This document shows positions 1 to 12,600 of a DNA stretch of 58,266 nucleotides, one piece after another. The stretch is taken from positions 16,922,255 to 16,980,520 of the forward strand of contig NC_069003.1 in NCBI RefSeq assembly GCF_001194135.2. The letters are read 5' to 3'. A program made the position numbers and the translations under genes. The DNA is from Octopus bimaculoides (lineage: Eukaryota). Within the stretch, counting starts at the first letter, position 1. Every line of letters begins with the position of its first letter. The notes beneath the pieces were generated by a model. It had not been told where the DNA came from. It did not search any database and saw only the letters and a program-made list of their open reading frames with translations.

Positions 1-1413
1 CCCCCCCCCCTCTGCTTACTGTGTCTCTTTCGATATCTGCATCACTCTGCCTCTCTCGATCATCACTCTCCCTCTATATCTCTCTTTTCCCCCGCTCTCG
101 ATTTCCTTCACTTGTTCATAGAAACTTTGACGAATCAATAAGACGACAGAACTATGTCGAGATAAGTCCAGACTTTCTTGCCTAAGCGTGTACTTTTCTA
201 TGTATTTCGCCCTGATTCGTAATATGTTATTTAGTGCTCAAATTCATTTTCAGTTGTCCTTAACGATGCCGTCAAACCCAATCATTTATTCAAGTTTTTC
301 AGTTTTTATTTCCTACATAGTCACCTATTTCTATAATTCTGTCTTAGACTTAGCTGGCCGAAAACCCCTTATTTCTCAATTCTATTTCTATTTCTACCAT
401 TCAATATTTACTATGTCTACGCGACAGAAATCCCCAAAATATCTCTAAATATTCTGCCTCGTGCATCGGCCTAACCCCCGCCTCTGCATACTGTGTCTTT
501 TTCGATATCTGCTTCATTCTGCCTCTCTCGATCATCACTCTCCCTCTATATCTCTCTTTTCCCCCCTCTCTCGATTGTCCACTAGGTCTACAAATACTAG
601 CAGGCGCGCTCGATTTCCTTCACTTGTTCATAGAAACTTTGACGAATCAATACGACCACAGAACTGTAGAGATAAGTCCTGACTTTCTTGCCTAAGTGTG
701 TACTTTTCTATGTATTTTGCCCTGATTCGTAATATCTTATTTAGTGCTCAAATTCATTTTCAGTTGTCCGTACCGATGCCGTCAAACCCAATCATGTATT
801 CAAGTTTTTTCAGTTTTTATTTCCTACATAGTCACCTATTTCTATAATTCTGTCTTAGATTTAGCTGGCCGAAAACCCCTTATTTCTCAATTCTATTTCT
901 ATTTCCATCATTCAATATTTACTGTGTCTACGCGACAGAAATCCCCAAAATATCTCTCTAACTATTCTGTCTCGTACATCGGCCTTACCCCGCCTCTGCT
1001 TACTGTGTCTCTTTCGATATCTGCTTCACTCTGCCTCTCTCGATCATCACTCTCCCTCTATATCTCTCTTTTCTCCCTCTCTCGATTGTCCACTAGGTCT
1101 ACAAATACTAGCATGCGCGCCCAATTCCCACACTCCACAGAAGTCCCTTGCAGCAATAGGATATCTGCTTCACTCTGCCTCTCTCCATCATCACTCTCTC
1201 TCTAAATCTCTCTTTTCCCCCATCTCTCGATTGGCCACTAGGTCTACAAATACTTGCAGGCGCGCTCGATTTCCTTCACTTGTTTGTAGAAACTTTGACG
1301 AATCAATACGACCACAGAACTATGTCGAGATAAGTCCTGACTTTCTTGCCTAAGCGTGTACTTTTCTATGTATTTTGCCCTGATTCGTAATATCTTATTT
1401 CGTGCTCAAATTC
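1..1413. repeat. Tandem repeat (satellite-like), ~512-bp monomer, ~2.7 copies visible
   Basis: Anchor gaaactttgacgaatcaata recurs at 121, 633 and 1289. The second unit is 656 bp because of an internal ~95-bp sub-repeat duplication plus extra sequence. Confidence 0.9.
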
Positions 1414-1859
1414 AGTGATGGAATAGTAAGACTCAAAGATTATTGCCTGAAAAAACCCAGATTATTCTTTCTATTATAATTCTGTTCATATATATCATAA
1501 AAATATAATGAATCCTAGTATTTTAATGGTATTTTAATTCATCAGTGTCCCTAGAAAAGCAATGTTGATCTCAGCAGAATTTGAACTCAGAACATAAAGT
1601 GAAATCACTAAATACCACTACTAGGTACCTTTGCCTGACATTCTAACAATTCCACCAGTCCACCACCAGAGATGGTCATGATTGGAATGTCTTAGTGAAT
1701 TTAGTATCGAATGATGAAATCCTCCAGTAAGGCTTCTGCACAGTTTTTGTCTACAAAATTCCATTGACACGGTATTTTATTGGTCAAGCTCATTGCTATC
1801 TGAAATGTTTTTTCAGTGATGTTTTTTTGTGAAGAGATGAATTTTCTGTTTATCTAGAT

Positions 1860-2101
1860 CAGTGGTTCTTGGTCAATGTTTCACTATGGATCCCTTTAAT
1901 TCCTATCTTACTCAACTGGACACCAAGGCCATTCATTGTTTTAAAAAATCCTATTATACTTTTATAATTAAATATTATCAGGAATTGTATAAATAAAGTT
2001 GTGTATTGTTGAAGTATAGCTAATTTACTGTGCATAAACTTTAACAATAAAATCTTATATGAACCCCAAAGGATCATATGGACCCTGGCTGAGACCCACT
2101 G
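1860..2101. mobile_element. hAT (Charlie-type) MITE, 242 bp
   Basis: Termini cagtggttct...agacccactg. Flanks atctagat / atctaaag fit an 8-bp NTCTAGAN-type TSD (6/8 match). Confidence 0.75.
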
Positions 2102-3169
2102 ATCTAAAGGAAAGACCTGATCCATGGTCCTTTATAGAGCCTTTGAGACTTGAGACTGGCAGGAGGGAGGTATCTTTAAACTAGAGATTTAGCTTGAATG
2201 CTTGTAACACAGTAAACCCCCACTAACAGTACCAAGGTGCCACATGATGGTGTTAAACTGGATAGCTGGTTAAGTCTTTCAGCCAAATAAACCCCGATGA
2301 GATTGGAACTTGGAATGCAAAAATTCAGAACTAATATTGCAAAGAATCCAATTTAGCATTAGCCCAAGACTATAGTAGAAGACATTTTCCCAAGGTGCTG
2401 TGCAGTAGGACTGGACCTGGGACCATGTGGTTGCAAAGAAAACTTCTTGCCACACAGCCATGCTTGTGCCTATATATGTATATGTATGTATGTAAACATA
2501 TATATATGTGCATGCATGTGTGTGTGTGTGATGGTATATGAATATTAAATGGTGATGATGATATATGTATATTTATAGTTTGTGCAATCATCCATCCATC
2601 CATTATAATATACATATAATGAAGATATGAGTTATTTCCCCTCTTCATAATATTTATTTAGAGTACTCCACACCTGGAAAAGATAAAAGCTAAGAGTGCA
2701 CAGATGCAGATATGTGCACTCGAGTGCATGTGCCTTTGTACCATGTATGTTTCTTTTTCATACTGCAATTTATTCAATGAAAACCACCCTCTTACCAGGA
2801 TAGATTGGTGGATTTGCCAGAGGACAGATGAACTCAATAGAATCAGTGGCTGTCCCTTTGCTCGCTTATTTTTTACCTTTCTCTTACTTTGTTCCATATT
2901 GTTCTGGCCACCACTTGATTTCAGGTTCGCCTGGGGAAAGTATCTTCTACTGTACTCCAGACTGACCAAAGCCTTGTAAGTGGATTTGATGGACAGAAAC
3001 TGAAAGAAGCACATCTGTGTGTGTGCTTTGTGCTTGTTTGGCCCACACCACTGCTTGACTAATAGTTTTAGCTTGTTTACATCTCTGTAGCTTAGCAGTT
3101 TTAAGTAAGAGCCTGAGGGTAAGTATCAAACATTATAAAGAATAAATACTGGGGTTGATTTCATCATCA

Positions 3170-4500
3170 TCATCATCATCATCATCGTTTAACGTCCGCT
3201 TTCCATGCTAGCATGGGTTGGACGATTTGACTGAGGACTGGTGAAACCGGATGGCAACACCAGGGTCCAATCTAATTTGGCAGAGTTTCTACAGCTGGAT
3301 GCCCTTCCTAACGCCAACCACTCAGAGAGTGTAGTGGGTGCTTTTACGAGTCACCCGCACGAGGGCCAGTCAGGCAGTACTGGCAACGGCCACGCTCAAA
3401 ATGGTGCATCTTATGTGCCNNNNNNNNNNNNNNNNNNNNNNNNNNNNNNNNNNNNNNNNNNNNNNNNNNNNNNNNNNNNNNNNNNNNNNNNNNNNNNNNN
3501 NNNNNNNNNNNNNNNNNNNNNNNNNNNNNNNNNNNCCTCTTCCATGGGTTCCCTCAACTGTTAGGGTGTGGCACTTTTTCATGCAGCTATCCTCATCCAT
3601 TCTCACCACATGTCCATACCAGCGCAATCGTCTCTCTTGCACACCACAACTGATGCTTCTTATGTTCAGCTTTTCTCTCAAGATACTTACACTCTGATGG
3701 GTATGCACACTGACATTACACATCCAACGGAGCATACTGGCTTCATTCCTTGCGAGCTTACGCATGTCCTCAGCAGTCACAGCCCATGTTTCATTGCCAT
3801 GTAGCATGGCTGTTCGTACACATGCGTCATACAGTCATACAGTCCCTTTGTCGCCAGCAGAGGTACGAGCTCTCTAAACTTTGCCCAGGCGATTCTTATT
3901 CTAGCAGCTACACTTTCAGCGCATATCGACTACCTCTAGTTTTTCTCCCTGGGATGAGATAGTTGTTTCCCGTTTGTTTACAGTGTTTATTGCACCTGAA
4001 CATCTGCCACATACAAAAACTAACTTCCTAGTTAACCTGCCTTTGATATTGCTGCACCTTTTATGTGTCTATAGCTTGCACTGGGTACATCTTATAGAGT
4101 TACTACCTACACCTTTTCTACATACTGAGCAGGGCCATCTACCTGAAAGGGTTTGTGTTTTATCTACCTTCCTACTTATTAGGATTTTGGTTTTAGCTAG
4201 GTTGACTCTAAGGCCCTTCGATTCTAGTCCTTGCTTCCACACCTGAAACTTCTCTAGTTCTGATAGTGACTCCGCAATTAGTGCAAGGTCATCAGCATAG
4301 AGGAGCTCCCAGCGGCAACCTGTCTTGAATTCCTCTGTGATCGCCTGGAGGACTATGATAAATAGGAGGGGGCTGAGGACGGAACCTTGGTGGACCCCTA
4401 CCTCTACCCGGAATTCATTGCTGTACTCATTTCCAACCCTCACCTTACTGGCAGCATCTCTGTACATGGCTCGCACAGCTCTCACTAACCATTCTTCTAA
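3170..4500 (-). mobile_element. 5'-truncated RTE-clade LINE with N gap
   Basis: RT motifs GVHQGSVLSPLLF and LLYADDL, then CSVCRKGVGSNSIRCTQCKL. C-terminal RRLRWYGHV and a (GAT)n tail at ~3170-3190. Confidence 0.9.
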
Positions 4501-5269
4501 AACCATTGAAGGGTTTTAGTTGAACAAATCAACATGGCCAGTCTAATGACTGAAACAAGTAAAAGATGAAAAGATTATATCTGGACATTTTTTGCAGTGT
4601 TTCCCTTTTTCATATACCTGAAAGTAAACTTTGGGTTGCAGAAATTTCTTTTGAGGTCAGCTTTGTATATACCCTTGAAGGTTGCTTTAAAAGATTGCTT
4701 CCTCAACCAAAAGTCAAGATCTTTTGGAGTGGCACATACATTGAAGTTTTGCCTACATTGAGGTTTCATCAAGATTGGGACTTTCCCTTTACAATGGTGC
4801 CTCACCTAATCCAATGAGAGGTATAGGAGAGAAATTAAATTCCTTGTTTTTCTTCATTTCAAAATATTTTTTCAGAGTAGTGGTTGTTCTTGACAATAAT
4901 ATCCTGAGGAAAGTCCTCTACTGTCAACTCCAGCTAACCTCAAATGACTCCAGCTAACCTCGTACTCCAAGAAAAACCAAACTATCCTTAATGATTCAGG
5001 ACCTACTCAAACACACCCTGCTATATTATCTGCAGATAATTTGATCTAATTGGTTATTTTCCTGTCCATGTATTTACTTGTCTGACTGTCTGTGTGTTCA
5101 ACTGTTTTGGTGAATATCTGAAGTTAAATTAACAGAACCACTAAAAACTGGATTTTGTTTGCAATCACAAGTACAATGTACTTATCATACACACACACAC
5201 GTACATACATACATACATGAATGAATGTATGTATGTATGTCAAGTCACTTATGAGGCTCTCATAAGTGC

Positions 5270-8200
5270 TTACTGGTAACATGGAATCCAGTATAACCTG
5301 TTGCATGGTTGGGTTGTCAGCGACTAAACCAGCACCCTAACCAGGCTACCCTGGTGAGAGGGGTTGCTAGAAACCCAGCAGGATTAAAAACAAGACCTGC
5401 TGAAAGGTCGGATGAACTTTGTGCAGACTAAACAGCTATCAAGCAATAGCATGGGTACGCAGAAATTCTTGGATAGTGTCTGGTGTGCTGAAAGACCACT
5501 GGGAGTGAGGCACCCCTCAGCTTCTATTGAAGCATGTCTCTAGGAGAAGGTCATGCTAATATAAAACCAGATATGAGGGGAATAGTATTGGATATTTTGG
5601 GGATCTCTGGTTTGTGCTAGAGATCATGGTTTTTCCACATCCCTGAGCTTGTGACTCATATTGGCACCAGACATCTTGCTCTGGCTTGTCTCTGGATAAT
5701 GTCAATAAAGTGGAGAGGGTCTATGAGGTGTCGTGCAAGCCTTATTGGACCTAAAACTCTGCACAGGCATTGCTGACCTCTACTTGATATGTGTTGCTTT
5801 TTTTTTTCCTATATATATTTATTTTATTTTCAGTATATATGTATCTTTATTTTTAGCATATATTTATATATTTTTCTTTTTTCTTTTATTTTATTTGTTT
5901 CAGTCATTTGACTGCGGCCATGCTGGAGCACCGCCTTTAGTCGAGCAAATCAACCCCAGTACTTATTCTATCGGTCTCTCTTGCCGAACTGCTAAGTTAC
6001 GGGGATGTAAACACACCAGCATCGGTTGTCAAGCGATGTTGGGTGGGGGACAAACACACACATATATATATATACATATATATGACAGGCTTCTTTCAGT
6101 TTCCGTCTACCAAATCCACTCACAAGGCTTTGGTCGGCCCGAGGCTATAGTAGAAAACACTTGCTCAAGGTGCCACGCAGTGGGACTGAACCGGAACCAT
6201 GTGGTTGGTAAGCAAGCTACTTACCACAAAGCCACTCCTGCGCTTATTTATTTTTAGTATATATTTATTTCATTTTTATTTGGAAGTCCTGCGGTAATGG
6301 GAAAGTGGTGAAGCATGCAGATCTGATGGGTTGGAAGCATGTAGTCAGCAACCTGCATGTAGGTGGCCCATGCTAGATATAAAGTTGTCTCCGTGTTGCC
6401 CAAGACAGCGGTAGGACTCGGTTGCTGCATGGGTACCTAAGCAGTCTCATTTAGAGAGGGCACTGCTCATCTGAAGGCCAGGATATCCACTCAGTGCTCA
6501 AAAAACAAAGAGACTTATTTACAAAATCTGGATGGAACTTGAACATTTCATGTTGGAATGTACACACTCTGTTGGATAATAAAAGTGATTGTAGGCCTGA
6601 AAGATGCACTGTACTTGTTGCTTGTGAGCTGAACCACTACAACATTGATATGGCTGCACTTTCAGAGACTCATATAGAATGTGATGGTCAGCTTGAGGAA
6701 GGAGGAGGTGGATACACCTTTTTTTGGAAGGGGATGCAGAAGGAAGAGCTCAGAGAGGCTGGTGTTGGCTTTGCAATTCAATCTGATATCCTTAAGAAGT
6801 TGGGGGAGCTTCCTGTTCCTATAAATGAATGTCTAATGACTTTACAATTGCACCTGAAAGGTAGGTGGTTTGCTACTCTAATAAGTGCCTATGCACCTAC
6901 TTTGACTGAGAGCCATATGTAGGAAAATCCCCAATTCTGATAAAGTCATTTCAATGCCAGGGTTGGAGCAGACTGGCAAATAATGAATTCTCTAGGATAT
7001 TTTGGTGTAGGGAAAATGAATAGCAATGGTCACATGCTGCTGGAGCTTTGCGATGAACATGGACTTTACATTGCAAGCACTCATTTTATGCACACAGGTG
7101 ATCACACAACAACGTGGATGCGTCCAAGGTCTAAAGTTTAGCACTTGCTGGATTATGTCATCATCTGCAAGCATGACATTTGTAATGTCAAGTCTTTTCT
7201 TGGATCAGAATGCTGGACAGACCACAGTGGTGCAAGCAAAATTTCGGGTGATGATTAGAGTGAAAGAGAGAAGAGGACCAGTCAGCATTCCTCGCCGTCT
7301 GAATATCTACAAGATTTATGATGCTGTGTTGAGCTTCAGACTTGCTTGTCCAGCATTGAAAATACTACAGCATGGGAAGATTTTCAAGACCAGGTTCTTC
7401 AATGTGCTGCTGAAACACTGGGATATGCTACTGCCAGATACAGAGACTGGTTTGATGAAAATGACGCTGAAGTTCAGTGACTATTGACTGTAAAGTGCCA
7501 TGCTCACAATATATTGCTGCACAGAGGACTTTCAGCTGTGCTGCGAAATCTAGCACTTGCCCACTATAGCAGTGTAAAATTACTACTCCAGCGATCTCTC
7601 AGGAAGATGCAGAACACTTGGTGGGAGGATCTTGCTTGTGATGTTCATGCTGCTGCTGATGCAAATGACAGCAAGAAGCTTTACCATCTTACGAAGCAAG
7701 TTTATGGGCCTAAGAGCTCTGCATCAAGGAGTCTTCTACTCTATTTAGTAAATCAAAGGTCGCTGGATTGAACACTTCTTTGAACTCCTAAACCATGAGT
7801 CACTTGTGGATGAAACAGTGATTGATACTATGCAACAAAGACCTATCATTGGCTCCTTCAATTCCATGCCCTCAATAGATGAGGTAATGACATCAATAAG
7901 TAAATTGAATCTTTGTAGGGCACCTGGAAGGGATGGAATTTGTGCTGAGGTCTTGCGATTTGGTGGTGATTACATCATACAATCCCTTCATGAACTTATT
8001 AGTGTAGTCTGGAGGGATGGTGCAATGCCTAAGGACTGGAAAGATTCATTTATTCTTCCTCTCAATAAAGAAAAAGGAGCCAGAACAATGTGTGGTAACT
8101 ACAGTGGTATTGCTCTATTATTAGCTGCTGGCAAGGTTCTGGCAAATATTCTTCTTACCCACCTGAATGAGTGTCTCGTAAATGATATCCTATCTGAATC

Positions 8201-9667
8201 TCAATGTGGCTTCTGATCTGGTAGAGGGACAATGGATATAATTTTCATAGCAAGATAGATGCAGGAGAAGTGCTATGAGCAGAATATGGATCTTGTCCAG
8301 GTATTTATTGATTTAATAAATAGGACCTTGGCAAACTTGGTTGTCTGGATCACTTTGTGTATCCATTGTCCCTCTACCAGATCAGAAGCCACATTTCATG
8401 ATGGGATGGAGGCTTAGGTCAATGTTGGTGGTAGCATGATGGGACCCATTCCAGTAGAGAATGGTGTGAAGTAGGGTGACATCCTTGCCTCAACTCTCTT
8501 TTCTTCGTATTTTTCTGCTGCTTTTACTCATGCTTTTTCTAAGGTTAGCTCTCTGGGAATATATGTCAGGTATTGATCTTCTGACCACCTCTTTAATCTG
8601 CACCAATTTGCTGCCAATTCAAAGGTTCTCCAGTCTATTATTCCTGACCTCCTTTGTGCAGATGACTGTGTCTTAGTCACTCATACAGTGGATGACATGC
8701 AAATACTTATGAATCATATTTCTGCTTCTTGCAAGGCATTTGGACTCAGCATTAGCCTGAACAAGACCGTTGTAATGTTCCAGCCTTCACCTGGAAATCC
8801 ATATGTGGAACCAGCTATCTTGGTTGAAGGAACAATTCTGAAAGTGGTAGACAAGTTTGTCTACCTGAGCAGCACACTCAGCTGTTCTTGCTTCCTGGAT
8901 GATGAAATATCTTTCAGGCTTCAGAGAGCAACTGATTCCTTCCGGTCTCTTCAGTCTCGTGTCTGGTCCCAGCATGGCATCACAAAGCAAACAAAAATTG
9001 TTGTGTACCGTGCATGTGTACTGACATCGCACTTTTATTCATGTGAGACATAGACTATTTACAAATGTCATGTAAAGGTTCTTGAACGCTTTCATCAGAG
9101 ATGCCTCAGACACATTCTGAATGTTGGCTGGACCTTAAAAACTCCGGACACATAGGTCCTGAGGACAGCTGATATCTTGAGTATTGAGGTGATGGTGCAC
9201 AAGCACTGGTTACATTGAACAGGACACATTATTAGAATGAAAGAGCAGGATCCCTAAGCAGATGCTATATGGGGAACATGTTAATGGAAAGCAACCCTAG
9301 CAGAAACCGAGGCTGCGATTTAAGGACTGTATCAAGTCCTCATTAAAGGCTTGTGATATGCAGGAGACTGACTGGGAGAGCAATGCCAGTCATCACCACA
9401 GATGGAGGAAGCAGGTTAAGGAGGGGGTCAGCACCTTTGAGAGAGCATGTATTCTGCATGAAGAACTTAGGCATGCTGCTCGAAAGTGCACTGTTAGTGT
9501 AGTGAATGGGGAAAGCTTGGTCTGCAATGTTTGCAGTTGTGTATGCTTGTCAAGAGCAGGGCTCATTAGGCACCAATGAAACAAAGTATAAGTTAATCCT
9601 AGAGCACACAATGTTCCTAAAGGTCAGCAGTGGTCTTCTTCGGTCATGTGTGGACAGACATCATCAT
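5270..9667 (+). mobile_element. Near full-length decayed RTE (BovB-like) LINE, interrupted by a SINE in its 5' region
   Basis: APE endonuclease start LNISCWNVHTLLD...ALSETH (~6540). RT fragments GRDGICAEVL, NYSGIALL..AGKVLA, CADD, FVYLSS. Many stops and frameshifts; (CAT)n tail at ~9660. The 5' boundary is approximate. Confidence 0.85.
5880..6243 (-). mobile_element. tRNA-derived SINE (octopus-type, family A), full length
   Basis: Head gcgcaggagtggct...ggttccggttcagtccc (A/B-box like) and tail tgactgaaacaa. TSD-like tttatttttag(c/t)atatatttat at 5846-5867 and 6247-6268. Confidence 0.85.
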
Positions 9668-9697
9668 GTATGTATGTATGAATACATGTATGTGTGT

Positions 9698-12600
9698 CAT
9701 TATTCAGTTTTATTTCAAGATTTCTTGCCAATAGAGAAAGAGCTGGTTTCTAACCTAGATCCAAGACTTCTTCATTGGAATTTCAACATCAAGGACAGGG
9801 TAGTTTTGTATGTATGTATGTATTGGGTCATCCCATAAATAATGTAGTTTTTTAATACTTCTTTTGCCTGGCGTGCCAGTGTTTCTCCTTTCCCTATCCA
9901 CTGTCTTCAGTGCTTGACATTTTTATAGAGAACCCATTTCTCATCACCAGTCACTATTTGGTCCAAAAAAGGTTCATTTGTGAGACGTGACAGCAAAGAA
10001 GAGTACACATTCACTCTCTGCATGCAATTAAACTTGGAAACTTTGTGAGGAACCTATTGACCCAATTTACTGACTTTTCTGATGACATGCACAAACCAAT
10101 GAATTGTTGAATGATCAAATCCAAGCTTCTTTGCTAGTTCTTCAACAGTTACAATGGGATTTTGTTCAACCAGGGTTTGTAGGACATCCTTGTCGAGCTC
10201 TACAGATCTTCCAGGACAAGGCTCATCTTCTAGGCTGCAGTTTCCAGTTCAGAATTTCTGGAACTACCGTTATTTAACTCATAAAGCAAAATATGTTGAA
10301 TATGCTCCTCTTTCACTTCCATTATAGCTTTGAAAAAATAACTGTTAAAATTAGACTGCACTCTTCAAAACTTGCACTAAGAATAAGTACAAGGTAAAAT
10401 TACTACCTGCTTTTAAAGCAAGTTGATGCAAGTAGTTTATCCCATCCCCCTCTGACTTCTAGTTCATGCAATTAAAAAAACCCACATTATTTATGGGATG
10501 ACCCAATATATGTGCAGATTTGTATGTTTTGTTTTATGTATGTATTCTCATGCATATAGTTGCATATCTAGACATGCTCATATACATCTAAATGATAAAC
10601 CTCTGAAAAGTTTTACAGATTTTTACAGCTCCAGTGATGGATTCAATTTGTAGTCTTCGAATTAGCTTTCTCCTTTCTGGTTTTGAGAAGTATAATTTCT
10701 CAAGATTGGTATTTAGGCAGTGTGTTACATATCTCATGACCCAATAATTGCAGGTATAAACCTGAACTTGTAATCTGGATAGAGTAACTGCAGATTTCTC
10801 AATAGTTCAGCATAGGTATTCTCGTTTACACTGATCTTCAGCTTTATATTAACATCCACTGGACAGCTGATTTCCACAACTGGATACAGTTTCTCTTCTC
10901 TGTCCCAAATCATTATATTAGGTCTGTTGTGCTTACATTTTATTAAGGTTTTCACTGGGACATTCTACCATACTGTGAGTTCTTATTTCTTTGTCCTCGG
11001 GTTATCCTTCCGACATATTTCATTATATAGTGTCCTAGCTACAACATCATGTCTCATTGGTAGATAATACTATGATGACGTTTTCAGACAACTGCTTATG
11101 ATGTGAGTGATATCTTCAGTGTTAACTCCACAAAATCTGCATCAGTCGTCACATTTTATTGATTTTCCTGCATCTTTATCCCTTTTGTGCATCAAGTATT
11201 TGGTTAATATTTCCTGTTCTTTGATTGCAAACGCATACCCTTCAAAGTGGGAGGCAGTAATCTGGTTATTGGTCCATGATAGACTGCTTTGATAATCAAT
11301 GTTACTATCATCTCAGAGCTTTCTACTAACATATCCATGCATTGTCTTCTGCTCATATATGCTCATCCTTTCATCTGATGATTTGTTGCAATGGAGTCGT
11401 GTGACTTCTTTGGGCATGTATTTAATGTTATCAGACAAGGAATGTTGCTCAAGGAGCTACCTGACAAGTCTTATATTGTTATCAGCCTCAGGTGTGCAGA
11501 CTTGGTCAAGGGATGCACTTCGACACTTGGTGGTTAAAAGATGTTGCTGAAGGGATATCATATGACATTCAAAGGCATTTTTGATCAATGTTAAGCCTCT
11601 ACTGCCTTGTTTTCGTTTTAGGTAGAGGTGGTCTGTGTTACTGTATATGTGGAATTTATTTGTGCTTGTTAGTATTTTCCAAGTTTTCACATCAATGGCT
11701 TGGATTTCATCAAGCATCAAATCAAGCAACCCAAATGTTGGTATGAGTACTGGCAAACACATTGTGGGCCACTGTTTTATTGGATGCAGAGAGTTCTGAG
11801 GTCCAAATTTTCTTTATTCAGCTGTAAAATTCTTTAGAGACATGTGTTTTGTTACAGGTGCCATTGTAAGATATGTTTTCATCCACCCCTAGACACCTGT
11901 AACATTCCTCATCAGATATAGAAGAAACAGTCAAGTCATTGATGGAGATGTTGCTAGTCTGGTTTACAATTTTCCCCCTTCACAACTATATAACATTTAT
12001 CCTGATCAAACTCCAACCCTACAGCCTTTGAGAATGTTGTAACTAGGTCAAGGCTCTTTTTCATCTCGTGCATATTCTTTGCATAAAGTTTCAAGTCATC
12101 CACAAAGAAACAGTATGTAATTTTGGTGTTCCTGTTTCCTTGTGAACCAATGAGATATCTTTCAGACTTCCTTAACATGAATGACATAGGGTTTACAGAA
12201 AGTATAAATAACATCACAGAGAGGCTGTTCCCCTGGAATATGCCTTGTGATACTGTACTCTATCAGTGATAATACAATCACTCTTTGTGTTTAATTTGAA
12301 GATGTTGGCCCACGATGAGGTCAGATCAGCTATGGCTTTGACTATGCTCACTGGAACTTTAGCAAGTTGAAGGGCTTCTAGCATCCATGAGTGGGGAACA
12401 GTCAAAGGCTTTCTTGTAGTCTAGTCACATTAAAACTAGATTCCTCCTATGCTCTCACCCCTCTGATATCACAGTTTTGTTGATTAACAGTTGCTCGGCA
12501 CATTTCCAGACTCCCTTCTTCCCAGCTGCTTGTTCTGCTGTGATAATGTTATTAGTTTCACAGTGGTCCTGGAGGAAGAGGTTTAAGCGTGCTGTATATA

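Noticed and set aside
188-1205. Repeated short ORFs at the window start
   Set aside because: They are by-products of the tandem repeat, with low-complexity translation and no domain.
4870-4960. Strong plus-strand acceptor (ttttttcag) suggesting an exon
   Set aside because: The following frame (DNNILRKVLYCQL) resembles a decayed RTE C-terminus; stops follow and no convincing donor was found.
5270-5335. HDV-like ribozyme at the RTE 5' end (GG...GACUAA motif)
   Set aside because: Partial P1/P3 pairing is possible, but no consistent P2/P1.1 could be fitted by hand.
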